64,000 nucleotides of DNA from Nitrospirota bacterium (GCA_963701855.1 CAVPBK010000006.1:1408001-1472000); one strand, 5' to 3'; positions 42,661-52,281 are shown, counted from the stretch's first letter. Numbers and translations are program-made. The notes: generated by a model from the letters alone, not told the origin.

Positions 42661-43179
42661 GTGAAATATCCCGTGTCTTCAAGCCTTCGACACAAAGGGA
42701 AAGCCCTCGACCTTGATGCAAACCGTGAAGTGATTACCCTTCTAGGGATCAACGGCGAACCCATGGGCAACCTGTCCTGGGACTTCGTCATCGACCAGAT
42801 TCTTGCCTATCGTAAACCCCAGGCGAGCCGAGAAGTCAGGAATGAGCCGCGCGTCACACTCACCTTCCGTGTCAAGTACATAACCCCGGAAGGCCAGCAG
42901 TTTGAAAGTCGCGCAAGTGGCATTGGCGGAGGCGGGCTCTTTATAGAAAGCCTGAGCACTCTACCGGTCGGCACCAAGCTTGCCCTTGAATTTTCGCTAC
43001 CAGAGCAGCCGTCAGAGTGGTTACCAGCGAAGGGTCTTGTCGCGTGGGTGTGTCCTAAAGCAGACCAATATACGTTTAGTCCTGGCATGGGGGTGCGCTT
43101 TACGGAGATTAACCCCGATATCCGTAACCGCGTGCTCGAACTGGTGAAATCTCTCCAAACCGTCGGACAGTCAGCCTAG
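42661..43179 (+). CDS. PilZ domain protein with short N-terminal domain
   Basis: GGAGG RBS + GTG; RNEPR, GGGLFI, GLVAW, PGMGVRF. Confidence 0.85.
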   Translation: MKYPVSSSLRHKGKALDLDANREVITLLGINGEPMGNLSWDFVIDQILAYRKPQASREVRNEPRVTLTFRVKYITPEGQQFESRASGIGGGGLFIESLSTLPVGTKLALEFSLPEQPSEWLPAKGLVAWVCPKADQYTFSPGMGVRFTEINPDIRNRVLELVKSLQTVGQSA

Positions 43180-43225
43180 TGAGTATCCATTTGCCACTGA
43201 AGCGGCCCGCCTTCAATACCAGGGT

Positions 43226-43750
43226 ATGACCATGAAGCATTCTGTGATCATGACGGAAGGGCATGAGGGCAAAGTCCTTGAGGTGAATGCCGACCAGGAA
43301 GTGGTCAGTATTCATAGTGCCACGGGAAAACTGCTCGGCACCCTATCGTGGGGAGCAGTCATTGAACAGATTCTTGCCAGCGACGACGATGTACGATTCG
43401 CCCATGCGCGCTCTCACCCGAGAGCCCCGCTGGCCGTCAAGGTTCGTTACACGACACCGGAAGGAAGACAGGTTGACAGCTTAACCGGCGGCATTGGTGC
43501 AGGTGGGTTGTTCATCGAAAGCAGCGCCCCGCTAGCTCCTGGGACCGAGCTTTCCGTTGAGTTTGCACTGCCCGATCGTCCTTGGGAAAAACACAAGGCC
43601 AAAGCGAAGGTCGCCTGGACTCGCAACAAGCCTGAACGGCATTTGCTTTTTCCTGGTATGGGCGTCCAATTTACCGATATCGATGAAAAGGCCCGCAAAG
43701 AGCTTATCGAGCTTGTGGACGCGTTGAATCGTTCCCGCCTTGCGACCTAA
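43226..43750 (+). CDS. PilZ domain protein, paralogue of the previous gene
   Basis: RSHPR, AGGLFI, KVAW, PGMGVQF; alignable to 42661 over its whole length. Confidence 0.85.
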   Translation: MTMKHSVIMTEGHEGKVLEVNADQEVVSIHSATGKLLGTLSWGAVIEQILASDDDVRFAHARSHPRAPLAVKVRYTTPEGRQVDSLTGGIGAGGLFIESSAPLAPGTELSVEFALPDRPWEKHKAKAKVAWTRNKPERHLLFPGMGVQFTDIDEKARKELIELVDALNRSRLAT

Positions 43751-44219
43751 CAGGTTGCGGAAAAACTATTTTCATCCTCGGTGAGACTCTGTGAATGGGA
43801 CATTCGCGATGATTGTTGGTTAGCCCGCAAGATGCTCAAAAATGCCGTCCAGCGAGGTCGCATTGAGTTGCATTTTGTAAGGGGTGGGTGAGTGATCCCA
43901 ACTGCGCGCGCGCAACATTCTCACCCGCCCACCCACTGGCAGATATTTTCACCCGCCCTACCCTCAGATTGCTTCGCAATCGATTTCCCGAGACGTGCCA
44001 TTAGCCCGAGCGAGGGCCTTCAGATTCCCCAACTTCCCCAGAGAAAGTAGGCAGATTGTTCTTCACTGCGCGCATTGAGCGACCACCGCTTTATCGTGGG
44101 GGCTCTGCGAGCAAGAAAAACGGTCTGCCTGCTCCCTCGCATCCTTCTGAGGCCGCGCGTTGCGCGAGCAAGGGGATTGTCCCGCTATCCCCATCCCCCC
44201 TTTTTCAGCATCCTACTAA
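43747..44219 (+). mobile_element. Full-length nested MITE-like element with CTAA direct repeats
   Basis: CTAA-CAGGTTGCGGAAAAA ... internal GATGCTCAAAAA ... long GC-rich module ... TTTTTCAGCATCCTA-CTAA. Confidence 0.85.
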
Positions 44220-44984
44220 GTTCTTGGTTTCGCCCAGCGCCGCACCCCATTGTCTGAATCCTTCGCGATAGTCGTATCGAGTGCCGCCCTAGCCTCAGGG
44301 TCGTTGAGCAGTCCAAGACGATAGACAGCCTCTGCTCTCACGCCAGACGAGGGATCTTCTACCAACCGCTCTCTGAGCCAAGGGGAGGACGCCGACCCTC
44401 TCCACTCACCCACCACCGCCACGATCCTCTGACGAACCTCTGCATCGGAGTCACGCCCTGCTGCGACGAGGGTAGGAACCCATTAGCTTGAGTCGGCTCG
44501 TAGCAATGCCCGCACTGTCGCTCTTCTATCGTTGCGTCCGGAGATCGCAGTAAGCCTACGACAGGCTCCAATAATTGAGAACCTGGTTCTATTACGCCAA
44601 TCGCCGCTACCGCCGCCTGCCGGACCGATTTAACAGGATCCTGCAGCGCCTGTGTCAACAGAACCACCACTCCCATTAGTAGCTGCAGGCTTCAAGCGTC
44701 CCATGGCCAGCACCGACGCTTCGCGGACTAGTGCTGCGGGATCGTGAATGAAGGGAAGAATGGAGTCCGTGGTTCGTGCATCGCCGATCTTGCCCGGAGA
44801 CTCTGCAGCCATCCGCCGTATCTCTGGTGCCTCATCGCGGAGCAACTCTAACAATGACGAGAGACCGTACGCTCCCTCGAGAATGGTGGAGAATCCTGGG
44901 CACAACCAGCGAGACAGAGGACTGACGCGACAACTGCGTACCCTATGGTGCGAGATGACGTGCGACAGAGCAGGGTGCCGACAT
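44216..44984 (-). pseudogene. HEAT-repeat lipoprotein, pseudogene
   Basis: Lipobox LAGC and HEAT units (LRDEAPEIRRMAAES, LQDPVKSVRQAAVAAIG, EDPSSGVRAEAVYRLG) split over several frames, plus an in-frame TAA near 44483. Confidence 0.8.
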
Positions 44985-45013
44985 CAGGTAAGCTGATAAA
45001 GACTGCCCCCAGT

Positions 45014-45829
45014 TCACGCTTGTTTAGGAGGCTCTTCGTGAAAGGCAGGCAGTTCTTTGGCCGCTTCGATGGATTGTTGGAATTCCTTCTGGGCCGAATC
45101 CATTTCGGCTTGAATTGTTCGTATCTCGGGATCGACAGAATTGCGGACATCGGCCACGGCCTGCTTAAACGTCCGCAACGCATCCCCAAGTCCTTCTCCC
45201 AAATTCTGCATATCCCCCGAGGAAGTGCTGGCCGGTTGCGCAGCCTTCGCCTTTATCGCCGCCTGCTGTGCCTGCACACGGGTCACGGCGTCTTTGTTGA
45301 CAATGGCTGAGGGGCGATTGACCACAGGTTTCACTTGGGCGCCCGCAGGAAGAGGTGGGTACTGCGCCCGCATTACCGGCGCGGGGGCCGCCGCTCGTTC
45401 TTCCATCGTCGGGGGCTGGTTGCCCTGCCCTGTCGTTTGGACTGAGACTGGCCGGGCTGCCGTGGAGGTCAGTGGCCGATCCGGCTGTGGCGGAGCAGCC
45501 ATGTTGTGCATCAAGGAAGCAGTGGTCCCGGGAGTCAGTTCCGGCCCAGGCATATAGGGTGCCGTGGGCTTCGGAGCGGCAGGGGCCTGTCCATGCGTCA
45601 TTGCCGCTGCAGGTGCAGCTTGAAGTGTTGATTGGGCCTGCATGGGTGCCGGTTGATTCGCTTCGGGCGGTGCTGCATCTGGCGCAGGGATATCGTTGAC
45701 TTCTTTTTTGAACCCTCTGAGCGCTTTGCCGACCCCCTCACCGATTTGTGGAAGTTTTCCCGCCCCGAAAATGATGAGGACAATGACGAGGATAATAATG
45801 AGTTCCGAGATCCCCATGGTACCGAACAT
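45014..45829 (-). CDS. TatA-family protein with long Pro/Ala linker and a second TatB-like helix
   Basis: [39 protein letters not shown]-terminal LGEGLGDALRTFKQAVADVRNSVDPE. Confidence 0.88.
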   Translation of the reverse strand: MFGTMGISELIIILVIVLIIFGAGKLPQIGEGVGKALRGFKKEVNDIPAPDAAPPEANQPAPMQAQSTLQAAPAAAMTHGQAPAAPKPTAPYMPGPELTPGTTASLMHNMAAPPQPDRPLTSTAARPVSVQTTGQGNQPPTMEERAAAPAPVMRAQYPPLPAGAQVKPVVNRPSAIVNKDAVTRVQAQQAAIKAKAAQPASTSSGDMQNLGEGLGDALRTFKQAVADVRNSVDPEIRTIQAEMDSAQKEFQQSIEAAKELPAFHEEPPKQA

Positions 45830-45938
45830 GGCGTGGGTCCTTTTCCTTAGCCCGACAAATCGCCGTGGGCCGTACTCTATTTTCCTGTCGAATCAACTCT
45901 ATAGGCCAGTAGGAGGCACTGTCAAGGAATGGACTGGG

Positions 45939-47147
45939 CTAGCAAATGGAGATGATCTCGCCCTGCAACGGCAACCCAAATACCAATGTCTCACGCTCCG
46001 CGAGGTACACATCCAGTTCGCTTCTGATTCCAAACTCGCCTGATAGGTAGATTCCCGGCTCAATAGAAAAACAGGTCCTCGGCATCAGTCGGCGAGTGTC
46101 CTGCGTCTCTAAGCCATCGATGTTGGCTCCATTGCCATGAACTTCTTCGCCGATCGAATGACCCGTGCGATGGACGAATTGGTCGCCGTAGCCACTATGC
46201 TGGATGACCTGTCGGCAGGCGTTGTCGACTTCCCAGCCGAATGGGCGATGGCCGGCAGCCATTTCTGTCTGGACGAATGTCAGCGCTGCGTCCCGTCCCT
46301 GCCGGACCAAGTTGAAGATCTCGCGATGTTTCACCGGAACGGTCCGGCCGACATAGCCGGTCCATGTGATATCAGCATAGACCGAGCCGGCCTCTGCTCG
46401 TTTGGCCCAGAGATCGATCAAGAGCAACGCATCGCGGGTGACTTCCGCTGACCCCGTCTCTGTCGGACCATAATGGGGATCAGCGCTGTGGGCGTTGACG
46501 GCGGCGATCGGCGCGCTCGACGTGACCATCCCGGCATCGCGTATACGAGCCAGGATAAACTGCTGCACTCCATATTCCGTGAGACTTCGCCCTTGCGTGA
46601 TCGCCTCATGCACATGACCAAATGTCTGATCAACGATGCGCCGAAGCGCCGCCGCAGCATACTGATGCGATTCGAGTTGGCGATCCGTCCATCGCGCTTC
46701 AAACGTCTGAATCAAATCCGCCGAACTCACCACCTCGACGTCGTAGCTTCTGATCAACTCGATCGTACCGGCATCCACGCGCGACACATAGGGAACCGCA
46801 TTCAGCGGGGAATATTGCATGGCGACACGGAGGCCACCGTCGAGCAGGCGCGAAAGGATCTGCCGTTGCTGCTCCCACGACACATAGCAATCGGCCTGTC
46901 CTGGCAGTGCATCCAGTACGTGCGGCTCGATGCGGTGAAGCAGCTTGACAGGTGCCCCCTGCGACGGGATCCAGTAGTACCATCGCCTGGTGACATGGAC
47001 GGTAGGATCGAGTTGGAGAATACGATAGGCGAGGGGGTCGCTTCCGCGGAAATCGTAGAAGAGCCAGCCGTCGATCTCAGTATCGCGCAGTGCCTGTTGA
47101 ATTTCGCTAACACGCTGATAAATGGCCGTAGTCATAGTAGCGGACAT
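45939..47147 (-). CDS. M24-family (Xaa-Pro) peptidase
   Basis: LIDLWAK, YADITW, HRTGHSIG, FSIEPGIY, GIRSE. Confidence 0.92.
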   Translation of the reverse strand: MSATMTTAIYQRVSEIQQALRDTEIDGWLFYDFRGSDPLAYRILQLDPTVHVTRRWYYWIPSQGAPVKLLHRIEPHVLDALPGQADCYVSWEQQRQILSRLLDGGLRVAMQYSPLNAVPYVSRVDAGTIELIRSYDVEVVSSADLIQTFEARWTDRQLESHQYAAAALRRIVDQTFGHVHEAITQGRSLTEYGVQQFILARIRDAGMVTSSAPIAAVNAHSADPHYGPTETGSAEVTRDALLLIDLWAKRAEAGSVYADITWTGYVGRTVPVKHREIFNLVRQGRDAALTFVQTEMAAGHRPFGWEVDNACRQVIQHSGYGDQFVHRTGHSIGEEVHGNGANIDGLETQDTRRLMPRTCFSIEPGIYLSGEFGIRSELDVYLAERETLVFGLPLQGEIISIC

Positions 47148-47217
47148 CTTATCGTCGCGCTGTCAAGCCGTCAATGTGGTGGCCATTGAGGTCGGTGGTC
47201 ATGCTACAATGCGCGCC

Positions 47218-47682
47218 ATGGCAATTGAGTATGCACCGGAGTCTTCCCAGTTCCGCGTGACTCTGTTTGTCGGACCGCAGCCAGTGGAGGGAAGACCCTT
47301 CACCACCACCTGTGTTTTTAACGTCAAGAAACGAAGTTGGAAGGGTGGAGTCCAGATCGCCGTCGTTGTCACCCAGAGTCAGATCGATCGGCTCAGCAGC
47401 GATGTCGATTTCCCCAGCTGGTTGGCTCTGGCCCTAGTCGATCTCACAGATGAAGATCGACTCTCTCATCAAGAACGAGCCCGTGAGCTGTTTATCCAAG
47501 CAGTCTGTCGGTGCAAGCTGGACCTGGCATTGCAATCCGGCATCGCTCAAGAGAACCAATGTCTGGCAGACGACATAGGAATCACTGAAATCAGAGCCGC
47601 CGTGATCAAGCGGACAAACTTCATCACATCACATGTTGCATCTGAACTGGACCTCATACTGAGGGATGTTGCTGCTCCGTAG
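47218..47682 (+). CDS. Hypothetical protein
   Basis: 154-aa ORF divergent from the M24 gene; TACAAT 7 bp before the ATG. Confidence 0.7.
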   Translation: MAIEYAPESSQFRVTLFVGPQPVEGRPFTTTCVFNVKKRSWKGGVQIAVVVTQSQIDRLSSDVDFPSWLALALVDLTDEDRLSHQERARELFIQAVCRCKLDLALQSGIAQENQCLADDIGITEIRAAVIKRTNFITSHVASELDLILRDVAAP

Positions 47683-47823
47683 AAGATACTCCTCGTTGGC
47701 GCGGCAGGGGGTTTGCATTCAGAGGCGAATTTGTTATAACCGCACTAATACTGAATCGTGGGAGAGCGTCCTGAAGTCAACCATTGCCGCTCGGTTCGTT
47801 CTGTCGAAGAAGGAGGAAAATCT

Positions 47824-48276
47824 GTGAATACATACGCGTCTTCATCCAATCGCCCCCGTGAGGCTTCCACATTCAAACTGGTGGCAGTCTTCCTGCTCCT
47901 GACCCTGTGCACCGTCATGATCGTGCCGTCGGCGTGGAGTCAAGAAGCCACAGGCTCCCCGTCGAGCCAAAGCATCGAGGGCGGAAGCCCGTCAAACGCA
48001 GGTATGCAAGCCGCAGCTGTTCTCAGCACACTCGTATATTTTCCACTGAAGTTGGCTTTCGCCATCGGTGGAGGGATTATCGGAGGACTCACCTATGCGT
48101 GTTCCGGCGGGAATGAGGAAGCGGCCAAGAGCGTTTGGACCACGAGCCTCTACGGCACCTACCTCATCACCCCCGATCATCTCCAAGGCAATCGGCCCAT
48201 CCGATTCCTGGGAGTCGCCGACTCGAACAATACACCGGCGCCAGCCTCTGTTCCGGAGCCCATCCCTAGCCGATGA
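47824..48276 (+). CDS. Exported/membrane hypothetical protein
   Basis: GGAGG RBS + GTG; signal peptide and hydrophobic glycine-rich segment YFPLKLAFAIGGGIIGG. Confidence 0.7.
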   Translation: MNTYASSSNRPREASTFKLVAVFLLLTLCTVMIVPSAWSQEATGSPSSQSIEGGSPSNAGMQAAAVLSTLVYFPLKLAFAIGGGIIGGLTYACSGGNEEAAKSVWTTSLYGTYLITPDHLQGNRPIRFLGVADSNNTPAPASVPEPIPSR

Positions 48277-49019
48277 AACCGATCATCGGCGTCACACCAG
48301 ACTTCAATGCCGGTGATCGGAAGGAATGGGGTGGGAGAGAGCCCACCTACTTTTTGCGCGGGCGCTACATTCGTGCCATCGAAGAACTTGGCGGCATCCC
48401 GCTGGTCCTTCCACTCCATCCAGACCGAGCCACGAGACGGCGTCTCCTCCAGCAGCTTGACGGACTCCTTCTCACCGGAAGCGGGCCGGACCTGTCACCC
48501 TCATTATATGGTGAACGTCAGCGCTATCCGTTCGGAATCGTGAGCGAACGTCGCACGAGTTTTGAACTGGACATTGTCCACCTGGCGAGACAGGCTGACG
48601 TCCCGCTGCTCGCCATCTGTGGAGGCATGCAGGCCATGAATGTCGCCTTCGGCGGCAGTCTGTTTCAGGATATCTCATCCCAAATCTCGACCGCGCTCCA
48701 ACATCGGCAACGAACTCCAGCGACAAACCTCAGCCACACCGTCACAGTCATACCCGACAGCCTGCTCCGTCGCATTGTGCGATCGCGGTCAATGCGGGTG
48801 AATAGTTCACACCATCAATCGGTCAAAGTCGTTGCGCCGTCGTTGATCGCCAGTGCCCTGGCCGAGGATGGTATTGTCGAGGCAGTCGAATCGCCGGCTA
48901 ACCGCTTTTTTCTCGGCATCCAGTGGCATCCGGAGTTTCTCTTCGACCGGCACCCTCTCCACCGACGATTGTTCGAAGCCTTTCTGCGTGCCGCCCGTAC
49001 CACAGACCGTAGTGCGTGA
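48273..49019 (+). CDS. Gamma-glutamyl-gamma-aminobutyrate hydrolase family (peptidase C26, PuuD-like)
   Basis: KPIIGVT, LDGLLLTG, AICGGMQ, VNSSHHQ, GIQWHPE. Confidence 0.92.
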   Translation: MKPIIGVTPDFNAGDRKEWGGREPTYFLRGRYIRAIEELGGIPLVLPLHPDRATRRRLLQQLDGLLLTGSGPDLSPSLYGERQRYPFGIVSERRTSFELDIVHLARQADVPLLAICGGMQAMNVAFGGSLFQDISSQISTALQHRQRTPATNLSHTVTVIPDSLLRRIVRSRSMRVNSSHHQSVKVVAPSLIASALAEDGIVEAVESPANRFFLGIQWHPEFLFDRHPLHRRLFEAFLRAARTTDRSA

Positions 49020-49030
49020 AGTGCAAGAAC

Positions 49031-49107
49031 CGGAAGGTCTTTTTTTGTTTATTTGGTCTATCTGGTTTGTTTGGTTGAACGGGATAGACCAGATGAACCA
49101 GATCAAC
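49031..49107. repeat. 9-mer tandem foldback
   Basis: TTTATTTGG TCTATCTGG TTTGTTTGG ... CCAGATGAA CCAGATCAA. Confidence 0.75.
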
Positions 49108-49222
49108 GCGCCTCACTCGGCTATCCATGAAGTAGGCCTGCTATACTTGACCCCATGTGGAGCAGAAGCTCGTTGACCCTACAATGCCTTTCGCCATCTC
49201 CGCGATCTAACCCGCATTATTC

Positions 49223-49447
49223 ATGAGCATTTCTGCTACAACCGTCGATCCGCAGCTACGACGAGCCTTCGGCCAGCGGGCTTGCCCCTCGGCCCCTCAC
49301 CGTACTGTTGGGGACTGGCGCCATTCTTTTTGGCGCCAGTCCCTGTCTGACGAGCAACGGGACAGGCACCGCCGTAGACGTCGGAGCCAGTCCCCTGGGT
49401 TCCGCGCGCCGGTCTCGCGACGAACCGTCATGAATAACGCGGGCTAA
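49223..49447 (+). CDS. Small hypothetical protein, probably single-pass membrane, with local compensating indels
   Basis: Stop immediately precedes the permease RBS; hydrophobic LTVLLGTGAILF reads in an alternative frame. Confidence 0.45.
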   Translation: MSISATTVDPQLRRAFGQRACPSAPHRTVGDWRHSFWRQSLSDEQRDRHRRRRRSQSPGFRAPVSRRTVMNNAG

Positions 49448-49456
49448 GGAGGTACG

Positions 49457-50875
49457 GTGATCAGCCGACTCTTCCGAACCAAGTCCATTGAACAGATCCT
49501 CGCAGACGCAGATCATCCCGATCATCGTTTAAAGAAAACCCTCACGGCTTGGGATCTGACCGCGCTCGGTATCGGCGCGATCATTGGCACAGGCATCTTC
49601 GTCCTGATCGGCACCGCCATTGTCGGTGATGTTCACCGGCCCGGGGCAGGGCCTGGAATCATTCTGTCCTTTGTGCTCTCCGGCCTGACCTGTGTCTTCG
49701 CGGCACTCTGCTATGCAGAGTTTTCCACCATGATTCCCGCAGCCGGCTCTGCCTATACCTATTCGTATGCCACGTTGGGAGAATTCCTGGCCTGGATTAC
49801 CGGCTGGAACTTGATTCTCGAATACGGTGTGGCCTGCGTCGCCGTTGCCATCGGATGGTCCGGCTATTTCAACAATCTACTCAGGTTGGCGGGGATTGAA
49901 CTGCCGCACTGGGCGACGCATCCACCCGGAGGACCAGACGGGGGTGTGGCAAATTTTCCCGCCGCGATTATTGTGCTGCTCGTCACCATCATTCTTGTCA
50001 TTGGGATCAAAGAAAGCGCACGAGCAACCGGCATTATTGTATGTTTGAAACTTGCGGTGATCCTCTTCTTCATTGCGGTGGGGACGCCGGCCGTGAATAG
50101 CGACAACTGGACGCCTTTCTTGCCGCAGGGGTTCGCCGGTGTCGGCGCTGCAGCGGCGATCGTGTTTTTTGCGTATATCGGATTCGATGCCATCTCGACG
50201 ACCGCCGAGGAAGCCAAGAATCCTCAGCGGGATTTGCCGATTGGAATCATTGCCTCACTCAGTATCTGCACCGTCCTCTACATTGCCGTAGCCGCCGTCC
50301 TGACCGGTTTGGTCCCCGCAGCACAGATCGACATCCATGCGCCGGTGGCCGCAGCGCTGAGTAAGGTGGGTTTTAAGTGGGGAGCGGCGATTGTGGCATT
50401 TGGAGCCGTAGCCGGAATTACCAGCGTACTCGTCGTGATGATGCTAGGGCAGATCCGGGTATTCTTTGCCATGTCGCGCGACCACCTCTTGAGCCCCTGG
50501 CTCTCAACCGTGCATCCGCGCTATGGCACACCGCACCATGCCACCATTCTCACTGGTATCGCCGTGGCCACGCTTGCTGCCTTGATTCCCATCGGCGATG
50601 CGGCGGACATGACGAACATCGGCACTCTCTTTGCTTTTGTCCTGGTCTGTATCGGTGTCGTGGTCTTGCGCTATACGAAGCCCAACCAGCTCCGCCCATT
50701 CAGGCTTCCGTTCATGCCGGTCGTTCCCATTCTAGGCATGTTGGCCTGCCTCGGTTTGATGAGTTTTCTCCCATGGGTGACCTGGATCAGATTCGCCGTC
50801 TGGACTGCTATCGGCGTTGTGGTCTATCTGGGATACGGCATGAAACATAGCAAACTAGCCGGCCCTTCCTCCTGA
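49457..50875 (+). CDS. APC-family amino acid permease (cationic amino acid transporter-like)
   Basis: GIGAIIGTGIF, LCYAEF, GSAYTY, FFAYIGFD, AEEAKNPQRD. Confidence 0.95.
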   Translation: MISRLFRTKSIEQILADADHPDHRLKKTLTAWDLTALGIGAIIGTGIFVLIGTAIVGDVHRPGAGPGIILSFVLSGLTCVFAALCYAEFSTMIPAAGSAYTYSYATLGEFLAWITGWNLILEYGVACVAVAIGWSGYFNNLLRLAGIELPHWATHPPGGPDGGVANFPAAIIVLLVTIILVIGIKESARATGIIVCLKLAVILFFIAVGTPAVNSDNWTPFLPQGFAGVGAAAAIVFFAYIGFDAISTTAEEAKNPQRDLPIGIIASLSICTVLYIAVAAVLTGLVPAAQIDIHAPVAAALSKVGFKWGAAIVAFGAVAGITSVLVVMMLGQIRVFFAMSRDHLLSPWLSTVHPRYGTPHHATILTGIAVATLAALIPIGDAADMTNIGTLFAFVLVCIGVVVLRYTKPNQLRPFRLPFMPVVPILGMLACLGLMSFLPWVTWIRFAVWTAIGVVVYLGYGMKHSKLAGPSS

Positions 50876-50896
50876 CGACCAACTTCCATAACGTTC

Positions 50897-51328
50897 CTAG
50901 TAGGATGCTGAAAAAGGGGGGATGGGGTAGCTGGGACGATCCCCTTGCTCGCGCAACGCGCGGCCTCAGAAGGATGCGAGGGAGCAGGCAGACCGTTCTT
51001 CTTGCTCGCGGAGCCCCCACGATAAAGCGGTGGTCGCTCAATGCGCGCAGTGAAGAACAATCTGCCTACTTCCTCTGGGGAAGTTGGGGGAATCTGAAGA
51101 CCCTCGCCTGGGCCACTGGCACGTCTCGGCATGCCAGTGGGTGGGCGGGTGAGAATGTTTCGCGCAGTTGGGATCAACCCACCCAACCCCTTATAAAGTG
51201 ATAGCTCGCTGCGGCCTTGCTGGACGAACTTTTTGAGCATCCTGCAGGGTTGTATCCTGTTGCCACAGACAGATAGACCATTGGGTGGGATTGCCGGAGG
51301 GCCAGCATTGCTTTCCCTAGCCGGCTAA
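50897..51328 (-). mobile_element. Nested MITE-like element (reverse of the 43747 type)
   Basis: CTAG-TAGGATGCTGAAAAA ... GCAACGCGCGGCCTCAGAAGG ... TCGCTGCGGCCTTGCTGGAC ... TTTTTGAGCATCCTGC ... outer arm ending CTAA. Confidence 0.85.
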
Positions 51329-51338
51329 ATAAATCAGA

Positions 51339-51767
51339 TTAGCTTGATTTGTCCACAGGTTGAGCTGCTAAGGCTGGGGCAGGAGTCGGTGCGTTGTCAG
51401 CAGGAGAATCTGGAGAGGCTGCAGATGCGACAGGCTGGCCAGCTGGTGCTGATGCAGCAGTGGCTGCCGCTGGTTTGGGAGCAGCGGGCGGCTTGGGAGG
51501 AGCAGGTTTCTCCGGCTTGATGCCTCCTTCCCACGAGGGGCCGGAGTACATATCCGCCGAGAGACCTTTCGATTTCCATTTCTCTTCAAAATCTGCGGCC
51601 GCCTTATTCGGCGTCTCCCCATTCCCCACGACATTATTCCACGGATAGATCTTTGGGCTGATCTGGCACCCGGTCTCAGTTCGCTTCAAATACAAGGAGA
51701 TAGGGTTTCCGCGATAGGGTCCAAGATAGATATGCACGGACCCGGCATATTCGAGCAAATGCTCCAT
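51339..51767 (-). CDS. Hypothetical protein with Pro/Ala-rich tail
   Basis: GGAGG RBS before ATG 51767; compact aromatic-rich N-terminal domain of about 85 aa. Confidence 0.7.
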   Translation of the reverse strand: MEHLLEYAGSVHIYLGPYRGNPISLYLKRTETGCQISPKIYPWNNVVGNGETPNKAAADFEEKWKSKGLSADMYSGPSWEGGIKPEKPAPPKPPAAPKPAAATAASAPAGQPVASAASPDSPADNAPTPAPALAAQPVDKSS

Positions 51768-51840
51768 CCCCGCCTCCAAAGGGTCGCATGATGCCATAAT
51801 AGGGAAGGGGAGGGCAAGGAGGCGCGGGGATGAGCCTGAT

Positions 51841-52113
51841 GATCCTCCGTGCTTGCGCAACGCGCGGCCTCAGAAGGGTAGAGGGGATCAGATGCCCTTC
51901 TTGCTCGCAGAACGCGCACAGTGAAACTGTGCTCGTTCGATGCGCGCAGTAATGGGCAGCCGTGTCCGCTCCTCTAGCGAGAGGTACAGAGAGTCGGAAG
52001 GCCCTCGCTCGGGCTAATGGCACGTCTCGGGAAATCGATTGCGAAGCAATCGGAGGGTAGGGCGGGTGAAAATATCTGCCAGTGGGTGGGCGGGTGAGAA
52101 AGTTGCGCACAGT
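51841..52113 (-). repeat. Inner GC-rich module of the MITE family, without terminal repeats
   Basis: Shares GCGCAACGCGCGGCCTCAGAAGG and an approximately 100-bp sub-module with 43747; no CAGGATGC ends. Confidence 0.8.
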
Positions 52114-52251
52114 CAGGGGGCAAACCTCCTCGCTTTCTAAGGGAATAGAGAAGATGAGAATATGCGGCGGGTCCCAGCGAATGACGGCATGGAGTCAGAC
52201 GCTGCAGAACTCGCCGATTACGATGTCACCGATACCCAGCTGCTCGTTAGA

Positions 52252-52281
52252 TTGACAGGCTTTTCAGCTGTCCCGTAGACT
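52252..52281 (+). promoter_or_regulatory. Candidate sigma70 promoter for a leaderless rimO transcript
   Basis: TTGACA-18 bp-TAGACT, 7 bp before the ATG. Confidence 0.55.
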
